A DNA stretch of 64,000 nucleotides. Origin: Phoronis australis (lineage: Eukaryota; Animalia; Phoronida). The stretch lies in assembly GCA_002633005.1 (NCBI GenBank), contig NMRA01000093.1, positions 700,505 through 764,504 of the forward strand. Direction: 5' to 3'. Below the pieces are notes generated by a model. The model was not told the origin of the DNA. It saw only the letters and a program-made list of their open reading frames with translations, and made no database searches. Positions 12,792-26,200 of this stretch are shown piece by piece. The stretch's first letter is position 1; the number at the start of each line of letters is the position of its first letter. The translations under genes and the position numbers were made by a program.

Positions 12792-14272
12792 GTTCAGATA
12801 CCTCTTCATAATGTTATAGCATTGATATTCATTGTTTTGACCTGAAAACAATTGAATTAAATAAGAGTTCACACTCAGAAACATATCCTGGCTGGATGAA
12901 ATTATCATTCTATTTGGTTTTAGTTTACACAGTGTACCAAGTGGTGGTCCCAACCTCAGCTCTTCAAAATGCCTACCTCTGCCTTATGCGTATACACAAT
13001 ATCGAAAAATTCCCATTCTGTTCCATATTCTTATCTTCAATGATAGGAAATTTTTCTCTCCAATAACATTGTGAAATGTGAACACATGTGCGTTTTGTTA
13101 CGTCATTTTCTCATGTGTAATTACCTGAGAGTATTCAACAAGACTTGAGTCATGTCAAACTGTGTGAGAATTATGCCAATTTCCTGCATTTGATGGATCT
13201 CCCTGTTGCTGAATGAAATGGATTTCCTTGGCCAGGTGGTCTTACTAGAGAATATTAGGTGTACATCTAAATGGATATCAGGGGTGCTCTGTTTAGACTG
13301 AAGTGCATTAACATTTGGTCTCATTGCAGTCATAAAGAGCAAGTAGCCAGAAGATAGTTTAGTCATTTGGATTTGTTTTAATTTGAACAAATCAAGCTGT
13401 TGTGTATATAGTTGGTTTAAAGCATAAAGTTGATTATAAACCATCCCTGTCAATTGACAGACTAGGAGAGTATTGGATCAAGCAGTTGTATATACAATTG
13501 TTTCAAAGCATTTTAAATTGATTATGGACAATTCTCTAGGCTGGGCGTTATCTCAGTAAAAGTATATATTTTCTGAACGTAGAAAATCTGTAGAATTTGA
13601 CTTTTGACTTTTTACCAATCTGTTACCTATTGGGTTACAAGATCATGTCTCTTTACTAAAATTAAGAAATTTTAAAAATATTGATAGCAAAAGAATGGTA
13701 GCAATAACATGAATAACTTAAATTTGATATAAATGTTCAAAGTCAGGTATGAAAAACGTTGTTACAGTTTTCGAGCCATTTCATTTTTGTTTAATACTTT
13801 TTTTCTTGAAAATCTTAAAAGTCGTATTTTCGATAGCCCCTGGTGCAAAAGTGAAACATATAAAACCAATTCCTTACACTGTTTTTTTCATGTGAATCAG
13901 GTAGGACGTTTTTGTGGCCATTTTTATTGTGTCCTACATAATCTTAACATGCTATGAACATATTGGATCAAGCAGTTGTGTTTAAAACAAAACTTGACAA
14001 CATACCTTGACTACCATACGACCAGGCTCCGAGTGTGATTGGATCAAACTGTGTACAGCACAGATGTACAATGATGGACACTTTATGATTTTCCCCAGTA
14101 ATAAAACTTCTGCACATGAATTTTGTCCAAAATTTGTGAAGCTGTACAACCCTTCTCCCTTACTCCACTTTACAGCAGCGAGCTTAAACACTTCTAGAGG
14201 CAATTGTTACTTACATTTACTGACCTTAACCTTACAGGTTATTTGGTATGAAGATTACTGCTCACAACTGAG

Positions 14273-17200
14273 ATGGCAAGGGAAGCTATGAAATCTCGAC
14301 GAATATGCGGACTGCAACTCAACTCCCTGTGGTCCGTCTGGTGCTTCGTTCTTGTACTGGCTGTTCAAATCTACCTGACCTATGCTGGTGTCGTCCGCTA
14401 CCAACACTACAACTCGTTACCATGGAAACCCAACAAGCGTCCGACAACGGAACTGAACAGTTGTCTCGCTCTGTTGGTGTTGTCACTGCTTTGTTTACCA
14501 GCGTTCGCCATGAGTGCCCTCTTTAAAATTGGCAACTATTCAAACGATGGAGTGAAGCTTGGCCGCGATTGGCTAAAAGAGAGTCATCACATTGGATGGC
14601 GGGGTACAATCAAAAGACTGTACAAGCACATTGGCCCAGTGGCGCAGACACTTCACATTCTGTCAGCGTTTCTGATGCTGCTGCCAACAGTATTGCTGGA
14701 AGCCAGAGCCATCATGGTGTCCAGTGGTAAGTAGAAAAGCAAACAATTTTTGGGCTAACTACACTAAATAATCAGTAGAAACACTAAGTATGACTGCTCT
14801 TTCCACCATATCTTGTACTTCAGATGTGTCAAGAACTGCCATCCCAAACGATATCGTTATCATGACTGTTCTTCTAAGTTCCTTTTGTTGGAAGCAGAGC
14901 AATAATCGCATCAGCAATGACTTCAATACCAAATCTTGAAGCCTGGTGGGGCCTATGTATTGGTTTGTGCATGTGTGTGGGATGCTGAACATAACGAGGT
15001 TACTGGGGAACTCAGGTTTCGAAAACTGCTCTATCTCTGAAGTTCAAACTGAACTGGATTTTTGTAATGTTCATATTCGTGGTCAAGTTGAGAGAGACTT
15101 CATCTCAATTTTTACAGTTAGGACATGATGGCCTTGATTTTTGTACCAGGGGAGGGTTTGAGGGGATCCGCCAACTTTAGTGGGTCTTTAACCTTCTTGT
15201 TCCAGATATTATCTTGGGTGATAGGCAAAAATGTTATTGTCTTTCATAGGCTTTTGTCATTTGGTATTGCATATGTAATACCCATATGATGTATTGGTTG
15301 CAGTTAAAATATATTTTGTTCAGTGTCAATTCCAGAGGACAGGTTCTTCCAAATTCAAACATCAATCCAGTTATTTGTTGAGCGTGTGTGGGCTATTTTC
15401 ACTGACGTCACGTCTCTCAGGCCAATTTTCTGCCGTGCTTCAAATAGTTACTAAAACCCAATGAATACAAATGAAAACACAGTCTCAATTGAAAAACGAT
15501 TGTCACAAAACCATATTCAATCACATTGTTTTTGCAGAATCTTTATTGCATATGGGTAAAAGTGATCCTAACCATATTTTTTAAGAGAAACTCGATTTCA
15601 GAAGCCAAACAGTTCCAAAAATCACCAGTTTCAGTTCAGGAAACTTTCTGTGGCCTGTACTCATCTCTGCTCTACTTTACATCTCATGAATTTAGACCAG
15701 TGTATGGAGAGTTGATGGACTAAGGAATTCTTGCATTTGTGTTGACAAAGTGCAATATGATGACCGGCCTTTCTAGGTATTGCTTTGCTCTCAATTTTTG
15801 ATTGTACAAGAGACAGAGGCATCTATTAACGTTAATATGTAAAAGAGCCTGCAGAGTTGAGAAAATGCTGAGTGGTCTAGGCCTACAGTACTTGAAACCT
15901 TTTTCTGATTTGATAACGGGAACTATTTTCAATTTTAACATTGTCACCATGTCACTTTACCTGAAGATGTTCATGAACATGAACGATTTACAGCTTTGAG
16001 GTCTGATGACTGAGCAAAATGTATTTTGGATCCAGCCTCACTTAAAATAAACTAGTTTTCATTGATGTTGACAAAAGGTGCATGTGAGCATTGAAACAGG
16101 TCTTGGAGTAAATAGCTGTTGAATAATTGAGAAATGCAGAAACTTTGCGAAGATTAAGGAACAGGTAAAGAGGAAGAAGCACCGAAGTTCTCATTTTAAC
16201 TGCAACTTGTTTTGTAAAAAGTGCAGATTGACAGAAAATGTGACAACACAGCCTTTAAGATTACTGATATTCTGATGGTTGTGTTGTTTTGAAATCCGAA
16301 GGTGATTGTATCTTTCGATGAACCATTCCAGGGGTACAGAAACATTTTCAGTTAGACAGTTTTAGCCAATTAACCTGTAATAAACACTTGTAATGCAGTG
16401 AAATTTGACGATTAAATGCCATTGTGATTAACTGAATAGCCAATCTAGAAGTTTGTTATTAAACCTCTTGAATTTCTCCTTCAAATAGACAGTGGACCAT
16501 CTTCATTGAATTATGCCACTTCATTTTCAGTCTTGAAACTCCACTTATGAAATACCCCTCACAATGCCTACTATCTCCTTGATGAAATTCACATAGTTTG
16601 CCTGGGGGGCCACCATGTAAGTTTGGTCCAAAGCACTTGCTGACACTGTGATATACATAATAGCCACCAGGACACTTTTATTGGTTGTGAAATGCCCTGT
16701 GGATTCTTAGCTAACATGGTATAATGAGCAAAGATTTATGGATAAACATCTCATGAGATAGTGTCCTTTGTGCTTCAGTGTACTCATTAACCCCACAGAC
16801 ATCGTCATGTTTGAGTGATGCAACAGACATTCCTCCCCTGACCCTTTTTGGTCTGATTGTTTTTGGTTGATTTTTGCAGTCTGGCATTTGTGCTTCTGTG
16901 TTTACTTTAGTCCACCCATAAAAAGGGCCATCCTGTGCCAGGATTATATGAAATCTGATAATAATCAAACTGACAGCACAGATGATGTTTCTTTTTGAAT
17001 AAAAATATTTATCCTGCCCTCAAAATTCTATATTTGCCAACTGTCCCCTTTTTTAGCAGTACCGTCCTACTTTTTTGAGATGCCCTTGGTGTTCCGCCAC
17101 AGCAGCAATATGTTCTGCTTTTGACACATGCAATTACATAGTCACACTTGCGCCATTGTTGTGCGTTGTTGTTGTGCGTTGTTGTTGTGCGTTGTTGTTG

Positions 17201-20200
17201 TGCGTTGTTGTTGTGCGTTGTTGTTGTGCGTTGTTGCATACTCTGGTGTATTTACCGAGGCCATTTCCCTGTTCCACTTACAAAAAAGAAGAAAATGCCA
17301 CAGGCTTGATGTTTCTGTGTGACAGGCTACACATTTTCTTCTTCCTGTATCCTAGATTCAGACATCTGCTTTTTCATTTTAAAATGTCAAGGTTCAAACA
17401 TAGGATCTCACCAACTTAGGTTGCTATTTTGTGGGGAAGCGCAATTTTTTTTCTCATTTAAAGGACATGTTCTGCCAAATTAAAACATGTCAAGTTCTGT
17501 AAGATACTGAAACGTTGTGGACATATACAATGTTAGAAGCTCATGGAAAATGACGAATTCAATTTTGGCAATTCTTTTTTGTGCAATGTCGGTCTGTCAA
17601 ATTGTACTGTAATATTTCATAAAGCTAGTATCTTCCTGCTAGTATACATAACATTAACAAAAACAAATTAAGCATATTTTATTGACAAAAAATGTGCATT
17701 ATTTTGGAGTTTCTGTTGAATAAGCATTGTAGATTTAGAAGAACAAAATGTGCGATTAGTATTCCTTTTCCTTTGTCCTAAAGTTGAATGAGCAAGTTCT
17801 ATTATCTCCCTTGTTTCTTGGATTTGTTAGTTTTCCATAATGTGTTCACTGGCTCTAGGTACTAATTGGTGGTCGAGTTTTTCAGTTACAAGTTGCAGGC
17901 ATTCATGCTCATGGAAAATGAACAATATTATAGTTGTTCAAAGAAATTAGTGAATCATGAATGGGAATCATTGATAGAAAATAACCAACATATTTTCTTG
18001 GCGTCATAGCAGGGATTCCGTATTCGTACCATCCTGTCCAAAATATTATGACAACAAGCTCCCACCCTGTCTTTGAACAATGACCGAAGACCTATAGAGA
18101 TTCCGATTTATGTGATTATTGCACCAAACACTTATCTAAATATTGTCTATAACAATAAGTCCCTTAGTGCAACAGGACATTCTGAACTCCCCAGTGTCCA
18201 TCCTTTATGCAAAGAAGGTCTTCAGTGTTTTCCCTTGATTTTCGGTGAATGCCCATGAAGAAATATTGTTTGCTTTTATTGACACTATCTATTGAATGTT
18301 TAACTTTGGTGGATTTATGATGTTTGCTTGATCCCAATATTCACAATGTCCGGAATCCTCATAGGTAGTTTGCGCTATATTTTATCTCATGGACCATGTA
18401 TTTTCTCATCTGTGTGGTATAATACATACTTTGCTCGATTTAGGAGGGGCTTCTGCCATGGGCTCCCTCATCCAGGCATAATAAAATGCTTTAGCAAGAC
18501 ATCTTTAGTTTCGTCTCAAGTGATTGTCCTAATATTGTGATGAGGCCCCCTGTTGCCATATCCTACAAATACCTGTGTATTATCCCCAATTAAAAGTCGA
18601 GATAATACCCATCAATTCTGATTTTTATGTAATGCAGTTATTTTTTATAATCTCCATACTTACTAAGAAAGCAGCTCATTAGAAAACTCTTCAGATAGCT
18701 CCCCGACGTGTAGTAATTTATTCATATCCAGTTTAAGCTTAATCAAACTCTGGTTTATATGCCCTTCAGTTTGATAACTAGGCTACAAAATCAAAATGTC
18801 AGGAAATGCCACATGAAACCATTACTGTTATCCCCTAGCATGTTTTTCAGCCCTGTGGCACATTTTTGAAATCTAAATTTGTGAGAAACGTCTACCATTT
18901 TGTGGGAGTGCTCCCAATGGACGGGTAGATCTGCATGGGTAAGGGGGCCTTTTTAAAGTTGACTGGTTGATAAAAAGACCAGTTTGTAAGGCTTTTATAG
19001 TTTACACTGTGGTTGACTTTTGTTTCTGTTATGCATGATTTATGCTGATTTGGTTTCAACCTGGGATTTGGTAAACTGAGACAGTAACTTGAGACTTGTG
19101 AAGACTATGCTTTATAGAGATCGACAGACTACAGAACCCTCTGGTGAAATTTTTTTTACAAACCCAAGTTAGGTAGGAAATGTATTAAAAAAAAACATTT
19201 CGCTGGCAACTGATATATTCAGGAAAAACCAGTCCGGTAAAATGTTTAGGGTGCAATATGGCAGATGAACAATGCTTTTCATGAAATTTCTGAACAAATA
19301 TAAGAACTTTGTTGTAAACATACTGAAGGATGTATTCCTAGGACCCAACACACTCCCAAAGCACTAATATGTGAGAATTCTTCAATTACGGATTAGAAGC
19401 AGTGAATTCTATATCCCATGAAAATTCAATATTCCAACCTCAGCGACCAATAAAAGGGTTGCCAACTGTTATGGATTTATCCCTATTCTACATACTTGTC
19501 AGGCCTAAAAAATCACTATGTATGTGTTTATGGATTTTGGGCATTTATTTCTCTTCAAAGTAATCGGAAGAAAATTTAAAAGAACCTTTAAAAGTATCAT
19601 CGTTTCAGAGCACCAGGTGCGTAAAGCTTAGGCAGAAATGACTGGAAAGTGACGGAAGTAGTCGAGAACACAAGATACAACCAGTAATACTTATGAGTAT
19701 CAGTGTACAATACAACTTGCATATGAAATTTCCCTTTTTTGATTGGTCACTGGCTGTTGTTTATGAAGGACTGACCAATAAAAATTGTACTTACTTGACT
19801 TTGCATTGTGCGATATCATGTTGAGAGTGAAATTTTGGAGACAATTTTTTTGAGGAATTGGATTACATTTAGAAATTGAGAAAAGGAACTCAGCGCATTT
19901 TGCAATGATGTAGTTAGTCTTTAAAGTGGAGAAGTGCCACTTTTAGCAATAACGTTTGTCCCAAATTAGAGAATTTTTATGAATATCATAGTACATACCT
20001 TGAGGGTGAATCTTGTCCAATATTACTCAAGCTTTATAGAGCAATGATTGTATTATGACTGTAAGGTACTTCCAGCTTAAATTCAATTATGAAAAAGCAT
20101 CTCCTCAACAATCTTGTGTAGGCTTAATCAAATATACTTGTTTGGCAAGTTTTATACCTGTGCCTATTTTACCCGCAATACATCCTGAAATATTACTTTG

Positions 20201-23200
20201 TCCATCAAACTTTACAACATCCTAAACTTTAATAAAGGTATAGACCCAGAATTTTCTGAGCTTTAAAAATATTTTATACAACTGGTTTTAGGATCAAATT
20301 GAGCACATGGCACCACACCAACACCCATTTCTTAACATCACCTCAGTAGGGTAATATCCTAATATCCAGAAGTTGCACAAATGATACACAGACTAAGCTG
20401 AAGGCAATCCTTTACAAGAGTCATCTTAATGAATGCTATTCCTCTTGTACTAACACAGAGTTTTAAGGTACCATAACTCAAAAAGCAAATACCCGGTAGG
20501 GCCTCAGTTGCCACAAACACAAACCAGTCTCTAGCAAGTCAGGTTTTCCGCTTTTCTATCCTTACATAATATTAAGAATCACAGCAATTTGCAGTCTTTG
20601 GAGATCACTGTCTTGTAGCTACTTGAACAAAGATTCTTTCCAAGTCCTTGATTTTGAAGAAACATTTTGCAATTGACATTATCAGGCCATTTGTTATCTG
20701 ATCTGTGTAATCTTCAGGAACATGCAGTCTGTTTGTCCTTCTGAAAGGTTCCTGTCTGTCTTGTTACAGGACAGATGTCTGGCTTGTTTGGTGGTCTGTT
20801 TGTGATAAAGAGTCCAATGTTGTTATCAACATCATAGTCTAAACACAAATAGTTACAATAAAAGGATGGTGTTTAGAATTAATTGGAGGAATTTTACTCT
20901 ATTATCTGTTGTGATGGAGGAATTTAAAATGCTTAGTGGCGTTTTATGTCACAAAGGTGTTATATTCTCTTTTGGCCCAAGACTTGGCGCTGTCTTAAAA
21001 TACGAAACATTGCGTTGTGGGAGGACAAAAGCATCTTTCTTGTGACCCAGTTTCTAATTTTGGTGTGCAAGACAATCTCAGTTTACAGGCACAAAATGTA
21101 ATTTCTTTCATTCATGGATATTTAGAGACAGTGAAAATTTTTGTGCCAGTTGTTGGAATATCTCACTACCCAACAGTGACAATTTGGCGGCATGATAGTG
21201 GTAAAGAATTTGTCAGTCAAATGCTGGAAGATATCCCACTACATTAAATCCGTACACTGCCTACCAACTACCTTAGCGCCCTCTAGCAACCTCAAATTTT
21301 ATCATGTCTCCTCTGTAATTACAGATTCTGATAATCACAATGTGTTGTAACAGAACTATTATTCTTTTGGTACGGTTTGCTTAGAAAGGTGAGAAGTATA
21401 AGACAATTACTGAGAGCTTCCCTCAACATTAGTATCCAAGACAACATGCAAAACAGTTAATTTATTGAAGCCTGATTAGATGAATGCATATGTCTTTATG
21501 TTACCGGTATATCACACAAGTGATATGTGATACCCGAGTGTTGTATTGTAGGATCTATTGCAAGCATGTATTTTAGAATTTCAAAATGTACGTAGCATGC
21601 TAGCACTCTTAATTAATCAGGATAGGTGCTTGTAACAAAAGTTTCTCGTGTAGCAAAGCCTGAACTAGTGCATTTTCATGTTCGTCATTTCATTTGCTTT
21701 GACGCTAGTTCAAGGTGTCACTAAGAGCATGAAACAGTGTCAATATCACTTATTCAGAAAAGGAACTCATGTATATCCTAGGAGCACAGTCTGATAACAC
21801 CAGATGATAATGCAATGGTGAATACATGGCTTTCACTCATTGCATCCCGCCTCAGGGATTTGTATAAGCTTTTATGTGCAGTAATCCAGTTTACCACCCT
21901 TGAAAACGTCCACACTGGTTACATTTTGAGTGTTGATCGAGCGCAAACAGTTGATTTTGTGTTACCCATAGTGCCTGTGTACTACAGGAGATTACATTGT
22001 ATTATAGAATAATGCATCAACATATGCTTATCCAAAAAATTCAAGCTGTTTTCTGTGTTAAGGATGCGTAAAATAGGAAAATGTTTGTCTACCACCACAG
22101 TGACGGTTTTTGATCATCATCGAAATATCTGACTTAGCGGTGAATTTTGCCTGCAAGAAATTAAGCATTCTTTGGAAGAGCACTGACAAATTTTAGTGAA
22201 AAGTTATTCCTATCCTTGCCCGAACTCGCCACACTTTGACTGCTGGTTGTCTCCAGTGTTGTACCTCTCCCAGTTGCCGCGAAAGGTTCACCCCACGCAC
22301 CCATAATTATTGGAGGCCCCCACTTCATGCGACTCTCCTACAACTTTTGGTCTTTTCAGGAACAATTATCAAGACTGATCAAGTTTGAGTCTAATACTGG
22401 AATAAAAACTTACAAAAATTAGCGATGTTGTGTCCGCATCTCATGGACTAAAGCTTGGCTTGTGACGTTATCGTTATTCTGGCCAATTGGTGGCGTTTTG
22501 GCTAAACGACGCGGCATTGACGTCAGTTCACCATCCCATGCCATACGTGTGACAAGTCGAATCGTAAACCGCCTGTTTTATTTAAAGAGGGACTCTCGAT
22601 GTGCTCATAGAGAGCTTCCTTTACACCCCTTTTGAACCAGTCTTCCTCACAGTCTAAGATAGTTCTGAATCAAGAGTTACTTTTTGTGATGGAAGACAGG
22701 ATAATAGCTGCAGCTTTAAGTTACTTTTGTCAAAATATTCATTCTAGTTACTGTATGAGGAAAATAGACACGGTTTATTTATTCTGAAAATTAGTGCTAT
22801 TGACAGGATTTTTTATTTTTCATTCCCTGAAATATTTTTGAAATAAACTTGCATGGTTTACTAACATACACTAAAACCATAGTCCAATGTTACCATATTA
22901 CCTGCAACAATTTGAATAGTGAATGGTCGGATCCAACAGCAACAGTAAAAAGGCCATTCCCAGGTAAATATTATTTTGTTTAGGGTAAAAGGTGTTAAAA
23001 CAACACAATAATGAGTAATGTTTTTGTAAAATGTTTCCTTGTCTTGGCTGAAATTCCTTGCATATTTTCATTTCACCTACACACATGCACCTGCATGGAA
23101 GAGTTAGTGTTCAGGCACCCTGTGGTGACTGATGAACTCCTGAACGAACCTACACAGTGATTTTTCGGGTTTCTTCTCAGTTGGTCAAAAAGTCATCATG

Positions 23201-26200
23201 GTGTGCGATAAACAGTCTCCTGTTTAACACCTGACCAGTCTAATATAATCACAGGTCTTGTCAAAGATATCATAACCAATTAATCCTTACTCACATATTG
23301 GCATCACCAATCCATAATCATTACACATCCAACAATGGAAAGCTATAAAGTAAACATGTTACAGGCCTCAAACATAGATTTGAGAAATATTCAACATGGA
23401 TAAATGCAAATTCCTATGAGACTTCACTTAGTTATACTGATTTTGGCTTGAAGTATATTGATAACAGCCCCAAAGCATGGGTTGACAGTACACTTTGCCT
23501 GCATGACAAGCCCACTTTGTTTATTGGACCTAATGATGCTGATAATTGTTAGGAGAATAAACACTACAGTGTTATTATTCCCTGGTAAATCCATAGCCTG
23601 CCTGTTGTTGCAAATGGTTGTGTTATCCTTACTGTTGAGTTATTTGGTCTATTGTCCCTGCTCTTACTTGGGAGATGTTCTCAGTGATCTGACAGACAAA
23701 CCTCCAATGCACCTCAACATAACTAACATTATGTAATCATATCGCCCCAAATAAACAGGATTTTAACAACAAACCATGGCAAAATATAATTCACTGGCAT
23801 CAGTTTCATATCATCCATCAACCAATTCTGCGAAAAAGAATGCAAAGCTAAAAACAAGTCATTCGAATTGTCTGTTGAAACTTCAGTATCTGAATAAAAA
23901 TTGAATGTAATGGTGTGGGACTAACCAAACTGCCTATCAGTCTAAAGCAGCATTAAACCAATGTTTTCTGTAAAAGAAACAAATTAGCAAGTCCTGTTTA
24001 GTCCACTTACTGTTATAAAATTGATCTTGTATTGTTCCTTACCCAGTTTAGATGTGTTCTCTGGGTTGGAGAGGAACGGGCAGTTCATTAATTTTTTCAG
24101 ACCAAGCTCATTGAATTTCAGGACCTGAAATTTAATGAGCTTGGTTTGATGAAATAATGAACTGTCGGTACTTTCGAAGCCCTAAAATGGTCTCCACATT
24201 GGCTAAGGATTGAGGAACGTTTTCATATGGGCCACAAGAGGTCGAAATCAAAAGTTGGTTATTGGTTTTCGTGAATGATGGTTGGTTTACAGCTGTTCGG
24301 TTATGCAGGACCTTATCAACATGTCTGCTATTTAGCCAAATAGCTACAAAACGACAGATTTTAGCTAGAAAATGAACATATTTTCTGAAAGTGGAAAGCC
24401 TGTAGAACTCATTTTTGACTTTTTAATACTCTGACATGAATTGGGTCACATGACCCTGTCTCAAAAAGGTAGGCCAAACATTACCATACTTTCCAGACAT
24501 GTTACTGAACCACATGTTATTTGATCTTCATTCTATTCAAACTGTGTTGTGTATTCAAAATGATAAGATTTCAACTTTCCTTAATGGTATTAACTGGTTA
24601 ATTTGCTTTCAAGTTTACTTTGGATCCTTAAAAGCTCACATAGAACATTTTTATACCAATACAAATTTGTATTCACACCTGTGTAATTTAATCAACCTAT
24701 ATCAATAGACAACATTTCGTGGTAGGGCTTGACTAATATTTCAATTAAACGAGACCAGTCCAGACTGCATTAAAGTGTTTACGCCAAAGGTTGAGTGATT
24801 TGTTTATATAATTATTGTTTTTTACAACTCAGTACTACAAAAAGCAATGTTTTGTTTAGTCTGCAGTTTTGACAGTTTAGCTGGAAACATTGCCAGGCTC
24901 TTTTTTCACAACAGAGGAGCCATTGCTGGTTCCCTAAAAACAACTAACATATCCAAAAATGATCCATTTCATGTGGCGTTTTATCCAAGATTTTTTTCTT
25001 CTAATGACTTCTTATTATGGTAATAAAAATGTATACAGCCACAGCAGTAAAACATAAAGATAAAATAAATAATTTCCTGGTTCAGTAAAAAGCATTAAAA
25101 ATTTCAAACAGGCTTTACCCAACCGTTATATCTCTCATTCTTGAACTAATAATATAATTGAATTTGGTATTTCACCACTTTATGAATGAAATGCTCTACG
25201 TGCCCACTTTGTCAATACATACCCACATGTATGGTAGTAGGTTGTGTGTAATGTGTGAAAAGAAAGTTGTCATCAATTAGTCAATAAATCATTAATGGCC
25301 TCTTCTGTTAGAGTAACTACAACTATTGGAGAATAGGGTTGGTAGAGCATTTATAAGCTGCTGCTCCAAAAATGCTTTATTTTTGAAATGAAAAGATACA
25401 CAAAACAAGTTCTGATATGAAGCTCAGATAATAAATATTCTTGTCTCTGAAATGCCCAAATAAGTAGATCGATTAAAAGTTGAATAGTTTGAAAGCCTCA
25501 TGTACTGTTTGTAGAAGTCTGCTACTTGTCTCTTGTTTTGTTCTATCTATTATGTCATATCTTTCTACATGTTGTAATCATAAATACACGACAACTTTTT
25601 ATCACATTTTCTGACATATTGTTGGTGACTGTATGTCTCAACTGTCAGACCTGGTAAAGTTTAGAGTGAGTCCAAGGGAGACACCACACAGGAATGTTTC
25701 AAAGAAATAAAGTGTCCTGAGCACTCTAGTGCCTGAGTCATAGACACTTCTTCTAATAGATACTGGAGTATGTTATTTTTAACAGCAGTCCTGTAGACCT
25801 TCTAGTGTCACCCTATCTTGTGACAACCACAGTTTAAATAGCTGTGGCACCTGTTGTGTGGCATACTGTTTACCAGGAACTTCAAGGTGGCAGTGCAGAT
25901 ATTTTGAAATTATAGAACTACCAGGTATATGCTTTTGAGAATCAGTGGTTATCTAGTTTTATCTATTGCAAAACTAGTTAAAAATCAAAGAACCTAGGTA
26001 GAGCCTAGTATGTCTTTGGGTGCCACTTAACATAAAAGAAAAAATGAGTGGGGATCATTTTGGGGATATATGTCATCGGCTGTCAAAATAAGGCAATGGA
26101 AAAGTGAAATTTCATTTGATGAATTCCTTAAAAATAAGTGTCAAATTTTATTTCATCTGATGCTTGAGAGCTTTTGCAGTAAGATTAGCCAGAGCATTTT

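Noticed and set aside
17009-17419. Cys/Val-rich and Gln/Thr/Asn-rich repeat ORFs
   Set aside because: They are translations of the 13-bp tandem repeat, with no splice or homology support.
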